64,000 nt of DNA from positions 10,044,001 to 10,108,000 of the forward strand of contig NC_135258.1 in assembly GCF_964204865.1 (NCBI RefSeq), given 5' to 3'. Positions 27,834-41,385 of this stretch are shown here, piece after piece (the stretch's first letter is position 1; each line of letters opens with the position of its first letter). This DNA comes from Styela clava (taxonomy: Eukaryota). Below the pieces are notes generated by a model. The model saw only the letters and a program-made list of their open reading frames with translations, searched no databases and had not been told where the DNA came from. The position numbers and the translations under genes are program-made.

Positions 27834-29577
27834 ATGAAAGTTATAGTTGCTGGGTTCTCCAAAACTGGTACAAAGACTTTAAACTCAGCGTTAACTAAAT
27901 TAGGATATACGGTATATGATTATCCAGAAAACGCATTCATATTGGGAGATGATTGGGAAAAAATACAAAAATATGGCTGGACAACAGCTGATTTTAAGCG
28001 AATGTACGAAAACGTAGATGTCGTCATGGACGCACCGTGTTGCTGTTTCTGGGAAGAAATTCATAAAGCATTTCCTGATGCAAAGGTAAAATTTTTACTT
28101 TTGGTGATGAGGGATTAGATGTAGAATTGCTTAATGTTTTCTGAATGTATGATTTATGGTGGATGTATGATTTATGGTCAATACACAAACAATTGTCAGT
28201 TATTACTTTTCAAGTTGGAGGAAAAGCTTAATAAATGAACAGTATAATGTTTTATATCATTTATTTATAACCAGTACAAATTCATGCTATTAGCAATATT
28301 CTTCAACATTGTTCCCCGATTTCTGTGAATGATTCAACACAAGAATTTATAATTTTTTCAATACATGAACAATAGCAGCATTGATAGGTTATCTGGTCAA
28401 GTTTATCTTCACGTTGGTGAGCTTGCATTCGGATACCTCTAGCTACCTCATCTACCATTACCTTGAAACAATAATCAAAAAAGTAGCAGCAGTAAATATA
28501 TATGTTACACACTATAAGTATTTTTATGTGAGACTAAACAAAATCACTTGATTTTAATAGCATAATTAATTTACTGTTTAGATAATTTTATCTATTCGAG
28601 ATAGTGATGAACAATGGCTCAAAAGTTTGGAAAAACAAATGCTGAGTTCAGAAGGAAATTGGGCTGTCAAATTGATGACTTATCTCTCGCCGACTTATCG
28701 CAGTATTATGAACAAAACTGCATTACCAACGTGTACGTATCATTGTTTTTATAAAACGTACAATACAAGGAATTTAAAAATTAGAAAAGCTTATGTACGG
28801 CTATGTCAATGTGTATTATTTGTTATGAATATAAATTTAACAATCAACCTTAAACAATAATTCGCTAAGCTCCTGAAATAAATAGTAAAGTAAAAATCTA
28901 TTTATTACAGCTCTAATAATGTTTGGAGTTGATGACATCAGAGCAATTTGTTACAAACCTTACAACAGAGATTTGTTCAAACTCAAGTATCGCGCACACA
29001 ATGCTTACGTGTTGCAGGTACTGTATTGCCTACCAATAATAAATATTGCTATTCGTGATTCCTTTTACTGCACTTGCTTCATTATTTCAAAATAATATCA
29101 TTTTGTTTTTTAATGAATTGAGTGACCATGCTGGCGTTTTTGAAACTCCTCGATTGATTGATACTCCACATTCCCAATCGCCAAGAGTTTAAAACGTTTA
29201 CCGTGCGTAATTACATTGTCAATAAAATGATGACACGCATATGTTGATAAAATTCTTTTATACAGAATGCCCCACCTGATAAACTTCTCGTCTACAAAGT
29301 TACAGAAGGTTGGGAGTAAAGTTGGGAAGGTAAATTTCTCGGAATTCCTGTTCCGGATGAACCGTTTCCTCATAAAAACAAAGGAGGAGACATTATTCAA
29401 GAGATGTTGGCCACGCATCCGACTGTAATACGAATGAAAAGAGAAATGATTTTATCAACCGTAACCCTAGCAACGATGCTTTGTCTTGGTGGATATTTTG
29501 TGTACAAACGTGGGTGGAAAGATTTATCCATTACATCCATGATTGATTCAGTAAGAGGACTAACGTATTCAGAATAA
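27834..29577 (+). pseudogene. Sulfotransferase-like array copy 5, single lesion (premature TAA in exon 4)
   Basis: Exons 27834-28085, 28582-28732, 28911-29017 and 29266-29577 are otherwise intact. GW-DPLC-KFL is replaced by GGT TGG GAG TAA AGT TGG GAA GGT AAA TTT (TAA 29317-29319). Confidence 0.8.
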
Positions 29578-30503
29578 TTTTTTATAATTTGTTGTAATAG
29601 TATCAAATACCCCGCTTTCTAACCATTCTAGCAAATGGTTAATTCAAATGACAACAATTGCATATCTCAATATAGGTCCTAGTAAATACATAAACGATAT
29701 TCTCTCTATTGGTCTTCTTCACTTTTGTTATTGCTGTTCTTATTCTTGATAAGAAATTAGAGCATTACGTCTGAGTACCACAGGAGTTGCAAACGGCCAC
29801 CGACACGATGATTTGTACTTGGATTTTTTCTTGCAACAGAGATGTCAGTCGTTTGAAGTTAATACCAAACTTGACAGTCTAGTCGACCGTTGAGAGGCTA
29901 ATAATAAATCTTTGGGAAAAACATATCATATATATATATATATACATAGAGTACTGATGTCCGTAAATCAAGTTCCTATGTTTTTTTTCCAAGACGCTAT
30001 GTTTTTTGAGAAAGAGATGTTTTGCAACAAGCATTTACATACCAAAGTCAGTTCTTGATATGGCTTACTCCTCTATTGAACTTCGGAAGCTTCGCAAAAT
30101 ATTGCTTAAAGTTGATTATAAAACTTTTATTTATAGCAAACGACAGAAAGATTAATACGCTTGGACAAAGCCGTAAGCAGGCCTTTGAAAAGAGTAAAGA
30201 TAGGCCTAGTAAATACAAAAACGATATTCTCACATTTGCTCTTCTTTATTTTTGTCATTGCTGATGTCAGTCGTTAGAAGTTGATAGCAACTTGACAATG
30301 AAAAAGATTTTGCAAGTCAGTAGTTCGTTCTAAATCAATCATATTCATAACCATCTTATATTTATAACTCATTGAAGCATATCAGTAATCAGATTGAGAA
30401 GCTTTTGTTGTAAATAGCAACTCTTTACTGACGGAGTAGATACTCGGTATCACAGCAACAGATTATATCAGTTAATTAGGTAATCCCAGAAGAGAGTTTA
30501 GTC

Positions 30504-31211
30504 CAGGGGTGGCCAACCTATGGCGCATGCGCCAAACGTGGCACATTGCATGATTAGAAGTGGCGCATTGCATCTTTAACCCTTTTCATGCCAAAATTGT
30601 TAATTGCACTTGGCTTCTCAAGCCAAGCCGTTTTTTTGCGATTTACATGGTGTCTTTTGATTGTACCTAAAATTTATTCTCCTTACTCCACGTCGCCCAC
30701 TTACGGCTTGTTGGAATTAGAAACAACAGGCGATTATCGACTTTAGCTTTTGGACGAACTTTATCACATTCATTCTAGACTTTTAGCAAAAATTAGTAAA
30801 ATTTACTATTTTTCCCTACTGAAGTAAAAAGTTCAGAACTTCTGGAAAAATAGAAAATCGTCATTTATCAGCTTGAAACATGGATTTTCCATTGCCCAGA
30901 CTTCCCAAATATCACCCAATAACCATTGAACAACCAGTTGAATTGCCCAAGCCTAAAAAAATTATTATAAATCAACCCACAACATGCTGAAAAGGACCCC
31001 TAAATACCACCTTTTTCATCCAAACTTCAAATGACCGTTGTCAACAAAAGCGAAGCGTAAAATACGTGTGTATATATGTGTGTGTATTATAAATTTATAT
31101 AATTTCAACAAGAAGCGGACATTAGGCGTGGGAATACAAGAGATTTACGGCGCATCTGAAACATTATGTTTAAAACGTGGCGCATGGTATGTGAAAGGTT
31201 GGCCACCCCTG
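30504..31211. mobile_element. hAT MITE (Buster/Charlie-type), 708 bp
   Basis: TIRs CAGGGGTGGCCAACCT / AGGTTGGCCACCCCTG with a perfect 8-bp TSD GTTTAGTC; it ends 163 bp upstream of the copy 6 ATG. Confidence 0.92.
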
Positions 31212-31374
31212 GTTTAGTCAGTCGTTTGTCGTTCATAGAAATCGCGTGTTTGTTCGGACGAGGTACTCTTGCCTGAATACACATCAAAAGCAAACATTCA
31301 AAAACACAGACCTGTGTGCGTGGAAGGACAGGATTTATTGCTCAAAGAGTAGCTTTGTTTCTCTGACCTTCAGA

Positions 31375-34300
31375 ATGAAAGTCATAGTTGCTGGTTTCCC
31401 CAAAACCGGCACAAAAACATTGAATGTAGCGTTGACAAAATTAGGATATAAGGTATATGATGCACCTGAAAACACGTACTATTTAAACAAGGATTGGGAT
31501 AAAATACTAAATAAAGGGGGATGGTCAACAGAGGATTTCAAGCGAATGTACAAAGATGTAGATGCTGTTGTCGATATGCCAAGCTGTTATTTTTGGGAAG
31601 AAATTCACAAAGCCTTTCCTGACGCGAAGGTAATATTAACAATTAAGAACGTAAATAAATCGTCACGCTAATAACCGAATTGCGTAAGTCATTTTTAGCA
31701 GTTTTGAGAAAAACGTAATAAACCTCCTAATGATATTGTTATGTCATTGAGAGTCAATCATTTTCCATGGTTCAATTTTTTGATCGTAGCCGGATTTAAG
31801 TTATTTTGTATGACGCAGTTATGTGACGTCATAATTGCGCACTGTGACTTAGGCAGAAATGTGTCTATGACTTTGGGACATACGCAATTTCGCAACTTGA
31901 CTATATGCAGCAGTCATGAAAAACAAACATTCCAAAAACGAATGTAATTCTCAGTATCTACGATGTCTAATCCCCAAAATAGCAAATTTATTTCAATTAC
32001 ATCATTTTTTATGTTCAATAATATGTATTTCATCAATATAACACGTTCTGCACACCCACCGAAATAAGACTAAGATTAAATATAAAGAATTAAATAGTAA
32101 TGCACCATTATATGAAAGCCAATCAAGGTGAATTGGACTCAGACAGTGACTATCACAAGTGCACGCCTTCCTAAACCGTAGTAAAAATCAAATTTATAAG
32201 CGCTGAGCTAGAATCTGAGATAGAATCTGAGAATCTAAATACCTACTTTATAAAAAAAACTCAAAACCGCCAAATATGACTTAGGCAATTCGGTTATTAG
32301 CCTGACGAAATGTATTTCATAGACATTTTCACAATGACAAATCTCAATATGAACTACTGATTTTTGTGGTTTTCACGACAACTTTTTATCCCAACTTAAA
32401 TGTTTATGATACACAGGTTCGAATGGTATTTTGTTATCACGTATTGTAAGTTAGTGTCTCTGATTGAGGCTGAGAAATTGTTTTAGCTCTCAATAAGCAA
32501 CAGTATAGCTATAGAGTCTATACTATAGACCAGGGGTGGGCACACCACGGCTCGCGAGCCGCATGCGGCTTTTCTCGCTAACATAAATTATTATCCAAAT
32601 TTTAACTAAGAGAAAAACGTTCATGTAAACTCTTTTAATTTATTAAAAAGCCGTAAAGAAGTTTTCGTCAATGATTAGGATAAATTATCTTTTAGTATGA
32701 AAATCGCTGTAGCGTTGAATTTTGAATTTAAGTCAGTCAAGCCACAAATCTTTCGTCACAATGGTCAATTGATGCGTCGGCGGTATTGCAGCTTGATTGC
32801 GGTTAGTCAGTCTAAGTTACTGTGCGATATGTCCTCAAACAAAAACGAAAGTACGAAGATGAAAACAGAGTTGTCAAGTCAGAATGGGAAGAACGTACGA
32901 ATTTACCAGTCAGCAGAATAAACCTTTGTGCTTAATCTGTCATAAGCTACTAAGTCAGAATAAAGTCAGCAATTCAATCAGCACCATGAAACGAATCATG
33001 AAAACTTCCTACGAGACTACTCTCGTAAATCAGCTATAAAGAAACACAAATTAAATGAGCTCAAATTGTGCATATATTTGAGTATAGCTGCCAATTGTTT
33101 ATCTATTTATTGTTATTAGACTCTTGTGTGAATTTCTTTTCCGTTCATGGTATTTTGATAGTATTATTAAATTCACAAATTTTCCGGCTCTTTTAAAGTT
33201 CTGACTTGCAGCATGCGGCTCTTATACTAAAAAATTGTGCCCACCCCTGCATAGACCCTCAGCGTTCAAACATAGACAATTTGTGTAAATGTGTACATTT
33301 CCGTACTGTAAAATGTGCGGCAGGATTCGCAAGTCAATTTCATGCTTGTTTGCTTAATTTGAGTTCTGAAAGAGGTTTACATATAAAACAAACAAGACAA
33401 CTCTTCAAGAGTCAACGATTCCAAAAAAAAATGCTTGCTTATCAAAACAAAATGACAGAAAGAAGGGTAAAATCAAAAATTTGTAGACTATCTGAAACAG
33501 GGTCGTCCAACTTTTTTGGTCGAAGGGCCACATGTAGTTTACCAATTATTGCGCTGGCCACTTAACATGGCATTATGTTCTAGTTTTGCTACACTGAGTA
33601 CAGGTTAATGGAAAAACAAACAGTACCTCCACACCAAACTTTCAGAATTATTTACCAATAAAACCAATAAATAAACCAAAAAAAAAGAAAATACGTGCTG
33701 ATACATGTGCTCGCGTACTCCAAACATCACATTGAAATAAATTTTTAAAAAAATACGTGGGTGTGTGGGGTCTAATACATTGTTTTAGCATAGTATATGG
33801 CAGGTTACCGCTTCTATACAGATTGAGTTCGAATATATATGCCTTTTTAAATTACACTTTCCACATTCTTGACAGATGTATGATTTTTCTCCAGTATGGG
33901 TTCGAACATGGCGTTTTAATTCTTCTGGAGTTTTGAAGGATTTCTTACAAACCAAAGGGTTTCTTGCCAGTAAGGATCTTTTCATGCTTCTGTAATTTTT
34001 GAGCCTGAAGCGCCCACCACAACATTTACAAGCATATGGTTTATCTCTGTCATGTATTTGTGTATGTGTCCGTAGATTACTTCTCTTTCGAAAATATTTT
34101 CCACATTGATCACAAAAATATGGTTTTTCTCCAGTATGGATTCGAATATGGTTTTTCAAGCTAGAATGACCGGAAAAACCTTTTTCACAATATTTACATT
34201 TGTATCGTTTTTCTCCAGTATGGGTTCGAATATGACATTTTAAATCAGTTTTATTATTGAAGGCCTTCTTGCATTTTTCACAAACAAAAGGTTTCTCTTC

Positions 34301-37214
34301 AGTATGTTTCTTTTCATGAATCTGTGAGTTATTTTTGTGACTGAAGCGTTTACCACAATGTCTGCAAGCATATGGTTCATGTCCATTATGCATTTGCATA
34401 TCAACCTGTAGATTACTTTTTTGCTGAAATGATTTTCCACATTGCTCACAAGAATATGATTTTTCTCCAGTGTGAGTTTGAACATGTCTTCGTAAGTTAG
34501 ATTTTTGCTTGAAACGTTTTCCACAATATTTACATATGTATGGCTTTTAACCAGTATGGGTTCGAATATGAGTCTTCAGGTTCGACTGCTGCGAAAAATA
34601 CTTCCCACAATGATAACAATGAAACGTTTTTTTTTCTGGTGTGGGATCGAATATGTAAATCTCGTTTCGAATCCAATGACTTATGACATTCTTTACACAC
34701 CAAAGGTTTTTTCCTGTATGGATTCTTTCATGCGCTTGTACATGACTTTTTCGCCTGAAACACTTGCCACAATGTTTACAAACGTACGGTTTATCTCCAC
34801 TATGGATTTGTGTGTGTACCTGGAGATAACATTTTTGTCGGAAACATTTTCCGCGCTGTCTACAAGAATATGGTTTTTCATCAGTGTGGACTCGAATGTG
34901 ACGCATATACGCCCCTGTGGTTGTAAACGATTTTTCACAACTTTTTGTCTGCAGTTTGGTTCTGTGACTACCTTTATGTATTTCCAAAGACACTCCTTCT
35001 ATAAAGAACCTCTCGCTGGGTTTTTTCGGTTTTACTTTTCCATCGGATTTCTCCATATTAGAAGTTTGTGTAAATGTCTTTGACAAAGATGCAATTACTG
35101 ATGAGACCCATGAATATGTCCGATGTCCGCTAGATATCCTTTGTTATTTATGATATATATTACGCACATTGCAGATCACTCCATATATATTACTGCACTA
35201 AAATTTTCTTATGTTATCTGACCCGGAGCCCCAAAAAATGGTAACGTCAGTACTTTATATTTCGAATTGCCGGTAACACTTGAGATATGTAGAGTGTTAC
35301 AGTATTCAACGGAGCAGCATTTTATAAACACTAGAATGAAAGTATTCACAAAGGAGTTCAATATTTTATTTTGATTTTATTACATTTAATGAATATGCAT
35401 ATAAATTATTTACAAAAACCATACTATAATTGAATTTCGAATCTTTTCTAGTTCAAAGTCATCAAAACTGCCTAAATAAAAATAAGATCCACCTTACTGA
35501 AAATGCAACTACTCGTCTTTTTCAGAACGATTCAAAATAAAGCTAATCATAAACTACTAACTGCGGCTATAATTTCCTGTCTAGTTCCCAGAATTTACGT
35601 CGCGCTTAAACTTATTGTTTGAATTGTTAGACGCGTAGTAATTCGTTAATCGTAGTATTCATAGCCTTTTCCCAACAGGCTCCACACACACACTATGACA
35701 GATTATCATTGAATACCATTTATAAGATCATGCCTGAAACTTTACAATAACCATCGTGTATAGTCTACTAAAATGATATTGTATTCTACATATGGTCGAC
35801 TGGTACAGATAGAAATGTTGCACGGTTAGCATTAATCTTGCTATTTCGGTTTGAAACACCGGATAGCTAAAACTAACATAAATCGCTGGGAACATTGTAT
35901 GTGTGGGACCTCATAATTTAGAATTTAGTTTGCTATGAAGTGTAAAACAATGGCATATATCAAAGCCTGAATAATCCAATTCTTTTTCAGATAATTTTAT
36001 CCTTGCGTGAAAGCGATGACGAATGGCTAGAAAGTTTGGAAAAACAAATGAAGACATCGGGTGGCATTAGGGCAATAAAATTGATGACATTTCTTTCTCC
36101 AACTTATCGTAATATTTTGATTAAAACTGGTCGACCGGCATGTGAGTAATGAGAATAAAATATTGACATTTTTTCACCTCGAAATATTGAAATTATTTTC
36201 CGGAAAATCAAATTACGAAATTGTAGATTTTTGCAAATTCAGTTCATATATCCACACCATAGTATATTGTTGAATTTGGTCAGTGAACTCCAAGTCAGTT
36301 TTATTTTTCAACTATGCATCACAATATGCTATCGAAGCTATTAAAGGAAATGAATCTGATACAAAGTTGAACTGTTTGCTATTTGTTTGAAGACTACCCA
36401 AATTTTAGTCGGAGCCTAACAAAAGCACTATAGCAGTGAAACCTTTATTACTGAATATCATCAACTTTTGCAATCCTATATTTTTACAGCCTTAATCATG
36501 TTCGGTATGGAAAATATCAGTTCAATAAGCCACAGGCCTTACAATAAAGACATGCTAAAACTCAAGTATCGTGCCCATAATGCTCATGTATTGCAGGTAA
36601 TTTTGAATATATATATATATTGTTCACTAAGATTGATAGACTATTGAGCAATATGATATTTCTGTAAATTATTCTGGCTTTCGTTCTCCGGGTGGTCTGA
36701 AAGTAGCTGAAATAAAGCAGATAATGTGCCGGAAAACAACATTCATTGGATAGAAAGATTCAAAAAGCAAAATACCTGCTTTTTGGTCGCTCTCATTTTC
36801 TACTATGTATATATTATATATTTTTATTCACAAGACTAGTTATGATTATCAATTAGTTGTTTTTGTTCCGATTATACCTAATTCAGTTGCAAAATTTTTA
36901 CTCAGAACGCACCTCCGGACAAGCTTCTTGTATATAAAGTCACAGAAGGATGGGATCCCCTTTGCAAATTTCTTGGAGTTCCTATTCCTGATGAAACATT
37001 TCCTCACAAGAATAAAGCAGGAATTATTATTCGTGAGATGTTGGCAACGCATCCAATTCTTATAAAAATGAAGAGAGAAATGTTGATATCATCTGCAATC
37101 CTGGCAACTTCACTTAGCATTGGCGGATTTTTTGTTTACAAACGTGGCTTCAGAAATATAATTAAACTTATCATCAATTTTGTTCAAAATATATTTCCAA
37201 ATAATTACTTTTGA
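31375..37214 (+). CDS. Sulfotransferase-like array copy 6, intact, with a 4.36-kb insertion-laden intron 1
   Basis: Exons 31375-31629, 35991-36141, 36490-36596, 36906-37214 join in frame, with all family motifs and the TM tail (MLISSAILATSLSIGGFFVY). Confidence 0.83.
31661..32307. mobile_element. Sola1-like non-autonomous element, copy 2 (internally deleted)
   Basis: Same TIRs as 9201-10022, with 4-bp TSD AAAT/AAAT. It is ~175 bp shorter and has a TAGAATCTGAGA tandem duplication at the deletion junction. Confidence 0.85.
32531..33249 (+). mobile_element. Internally deleted hAT (Buster; GTF2IRD2/EPM2AIP1-like) transposon
   Basis: TIRs CAGGGGTGGGCACA / TGTGCCCACCCCTG with flanks CTATAGAC/CATAGAC. 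A frameshifted transposase N-terminus, KRKYEDENRVVKSEWEE...KPLCLICHK...HHETNH (BED-like finger), lies at ~32829-33065. Confidence 0.85.
33785..35086 (-). pseudogene. Intronless tandem C2H2 (Kruppel-type) zinc-finger pseudogene, antisense within intron 1 of copy 6
   Basis: Roughly 14 CxxC...HxxxH units with TGEKPY-type linkers are split across frames (ORFs 34547-35086 and 33785-34399, with frameshifts between and within them). Confidence 0.85.
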
Positions 37215-37846
37215 GATCAATACAACTGGAACGCAATTATCGTCCTCAAATATATTTTATGCTCTGTTTTGAAAATGAGATTTTTCATGTTATTTTGCAA
37301 CAAGGTACTTATGCACTAAAATGACAAAAATAAAATAATTTTCTTTTGTGGAAAATAAAGTCATTGAGTTTTATTTTCGTATATATATATATAAGTAAAT
37401 ATCAGTTTGTCGTTTTATACCTATACTGGAATTTCGATTTTGGAGAAGCGTGGGCATATATATATATATATGAACTTTCCCCTACCTACCCGCGTGTACG
37501 TAGCTTGTTTGATCGTTTCGCAATCTAATACTAGCGATCAAAACGATATTTGCTCAGTTTTGTACAGACGAAACGACGTGGAAGAAATAGCACAGAACAG
37601 TCTTATAGAACAAATACGCTAATCACGTTTTAAATCCCGCGATATCATTCAAACTGGAGATATGAAAAGGTTCTGTAGTTAGTGCTGTAGAGTGGTTGGC
37701 TGATGAAATATTTATTACGCTTACATTTCAGGACAGTCTCACTCAGTTGATCTCAACATGCTAATTTTATATATTGTATATATACGTAGAGACTAATTGG
37801 AATTTATTTTGATCTGAGTTTGCACGTACTCATAACGGCGTTTACA

Positions 37847-40400
37847 ATGAAAGTCATTGTAGCTGGAATGCCCAAAACGGGCACGAAAACTTTGAACGAA
37901 GCTTTGTCAAACATGGGATTCAAGGTATACGATTATATCGAAAATTCTGTATACTTACGAAATGAATGGATGAAAATTTTGAAAACAGGATGGTCAACCG
38001 AAGATTTTAAACGGATGTTTGAGGACGTTGATGCAGTTACAGATGTTCCTAGTTGTTATTATTGGGAAGAAATCCACAAGGCATTTCCTGATGCAAAGGT
38101 ACTGCCATAAATTCAATCCAATTACCGAATAGGTTGTCCCAATTTAAATAACAATAAACAATGAATATCATTGCTGCCCTATTTTCGCTCATCTATCTAC
38201 CGCACCAATTCAAAGAACGAGATATATTTCAGTTGTGAGCTTCAACAAAGATGGTTTGTGGGTTCAATGCCCCGAAACAATCATAACTCGAGTTTGTCAG
38301 TGCAAAATTTATGATTGTTCCGGGACAATGAACCCACAAACCATCTTTGTTGAAGCTCACAACTGAAATATATCACGTTCTTTGAATTGGTGCGGTAGAT
38401 AGATGAGAGTACACGTCATCTTACCGATTCCTTAATCAATTCTGTTACTGCTTGATGCCAACTTGTGATTGACAACATAAGATCTCTGAAAACATATATT
38501 CGTAATTAATTTATCCATCCATGGGTCTTTTTTATTTTACAAAAATTTCACTTTAGTCGTCCATTGCGATTACTTCGAAAAACATCCCTAGCGTATAGTA
38601 TTTTAATATTATATGTTACGTGTGCTCTCCCGATGTGCTAAAAAGACATATATATGCTAAAAAAAAATTGGTACATGAAAAAACGAAGTCCGAGTTGGCA
38701 CATTTAATTTGTGTTTTCGGTTTGCGCAGAAACAAAACATGCTCTACCCCCAACAGGCTTGATAAAAAGTTATTCGGATCTCATTCGTATATATACAACA
38801 TAAAGTGGTATTGCCTTTCTGTTACTCGATGTGCTTAAGCAATCTCCGCGAGTAACTTATTTTAATTCCCACATCCCTATTAAATATTTTAGTTTTTATA
38901 GACAAAATTTAATAATGCAAATGTTATATGACTTTTTGTAGATAATTTTAACTCTTCGAGAAAATGACGAAGTTTGGCTTAAAAGTTTCAAGAATCAAAT
39001 GAAAACGTCGAATGGAAATACAATGGTTACTTTGCTGAGCTATCTTTCTCCAACTTTTCGAAGATCTGTTTTTGATATTGGATTTGCTATGTGTAAGAAA
39101 TCATATTTACAGGACATAACAGTAACCTTAGCTTTGTAAAGATTCAGTGAATATTATGCTTAAATACAAGTCGGCAACGCAGAGGTCATTTGCAACATAA
39201 TCTAGAAAAATCATAACTTTTGTGCAAAGCGTCGTAGATTACTGAGACTTTTAGGAAAAATTCACACACAAACAGAGTTTAGGTGTGAAAAATAAATATA
39301 TATACATTTTTTCATTTTTGTTCTGTTTTTGGGGTCACCCTTTGTATACGCAATAATAAACAGCATGTTATCGATGCACTCACGTCGTTTTTTCATTATG
39401 TTTTTGAACAGCAACCGATGACAAGCCTCTAATCAGTTTATGAGTAAAATCACGTAAAATTACTAGCGACATCGCAGTAGTCTTAATGCTCTTAAATGCA
39501 TATTTCATTCTCTGAGACTTGAAATTAGTTATGCTGTTTTCAGTCTAATATTATTATTCATTTTTTTTTCTATAGCACCGGTAATATTTGGATTAGCTGA
39601 TGTGCGCCATATAGCATATGACAGCGTGAACGGTGACATGCTGAAACTGAAATACCGAGCACACAACGCTCATGTTATGCAGGTAAATAATAATTTTATT
39701 ATCTTTCGATTATACTGTTCTCAAGAAATTGGTCATTAACATTTATCCTACACTTGTAATAAATTTGCGCGCAGTCGTATGTAGCCTATTACAGGAATAA
39801 TAAATACGTACATATATACAGTCTTTTCAAGTAATTCTTGATCTCTTAGCATATTACAGTCATTTTTCCACTTTTGTACAATATCTGTAATATTTATCTC
39901 TTATTTGTATAAGTATACAGGAACACTCGCAATCCTGACCACTCATGCACAAATCATCCAACAAGCACTCAATGTTTATATATTTTTTGTGCTTCAGTTT
40001 TAGCTGTTTTATTCTAATTTTACGCACCTTCCAGCACTATATAGTTGCACCTTTGATTTCTTAAATGATCTCTGTTCATTGTGCTGTGATTAAGATTCTA
40101 TAACGAGATTTTCATGTATATATGGTTTCTATGCTCAAATTCTACAAATAGAATGCACCACCGGACAAACTTCTCGTTTACAAAGTCACGGAAGGTTGGG
40201 ATCCGCTATGTAAATTTCTTGGCGTTCCTGTCCCTGATAAACCATTTCCACACAAAAACAAAGGCGGTGCAATGATTGAGGAACATTTGAAATCGGATCC
40301 AATCGTACAAAAGATGAAAAGAGAGATGATGGTGTCTTCTATTTTGTGCACAGCCTTTCTTGGTCTTGGAGTATACTTTATCTACAAACGTGGAATTTGA
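37847..40400 (+). CDS. Sulfotransferase-like array copy 7, intact
   Basis: Exons 37847-38098, 38942-39092, 39576-39682, 40152-40400 join in frame: AGMPKTGTKT, DAVTDVP, YRAHNAHV, GWDPLCKFLGVPVP, and a TM tail ending YKRGI*. Confidence 0.87.
38188..38407. repeat. Near-perfect inverted repeat (~99-bp arms, 22-nt spacer) in intron 1 of copy 7
   Basis: 38188-38286 is the reverse complement of 38309-38407 with about 4 mismatches. Confidence 0.95.
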
Positions 40401-41385
40401 CTTTTAGCTTAATTGTAGTTGATGGTTTAAAAATATAAATGCTTAGAATACAAAACTCTTCTAACTTAGTAGATCAGTGGATACCACATAATTGAAACAG
40501 TAGGAGAAAGTGGGGAACGTTGTGACTCTTTTTTTCTTCTTTTGCATATTTTAACCCCTTTATTCTGCACATTCATTTCACTTTACGGGGATAATGCCGA
40601 GAGGGGTAAATGTAGTATTTATACATCGGCTAAGAAATTCCCTAGCGACACACATCTTTTCACTGAAATGCTTAAAAAAACGTCTTTCAAGTGTCCCACT
40701 GTACCCCACTTGTGAGGCACATTCGGACAGGCCCTGGGGCACATTGAAAAAAAAAAACGATAGCGTCGATGCATTTATCTGCCCAGGTAATAGAAGTTAG
40801 TATTCGTAAGCTAAGCATTTGACAGTGATCTAGCAATATTAAATGATTAAAAAATTAACACTCATTATCATATTATCAATTTCATAACTTGTCATTGTAC
40901 CAGTGTATTCAATAACAAGCCGTGTCGGCAATTGCTGTACAATGGAAACAATCACCCTTCATATGATATGATAGAAACATATATCAAGATTCAAGACTAT
41001 ATAAATTTTACAAACTTCGGCTACATCAATGAGTAACCCCCATTGCAATTTGAAGTATTATTATTGCCTGTGAGGACTATCGCTAATTGGCGATTTAAAT
41101 TACTTTTATTCGACAAGCATCGGTTGCGAGCTGCGACTGATTGGCCAATCAATAAACCTCAATGGGATGTTTAGCCGTATAGCATAGCCCGTTAGCAGTT
41201 GAATTGCCCTCTTCAACGTTATACGTTGCGAATAAATATGTGACACTGACGCTTGAGCCTCGAGCCATGACGAGATAAGTAAACATATCACAGCGAGCAA
41301 GTAGCAGTACTTGTTTTTAATTTCGCGCAGCGGCGTAGTACTAGGGTGAAATCTTTGTCAGGAAATAAACCACGGACAGGTTACC

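Noticed and set aside
35555-35600. ZNF143/SBS-like motif (TTCCCAGAAT) near the ZF pseudogene 5' end
   Set aside because: Only a partial match; expected by chance.
33498-35990. Zinc-finger array as cargo of an intact hAT element starting CAGGGTCGTCCAAC
   Set aside because: No matching right TIR or TSD was found before exon 2 of copy 6.
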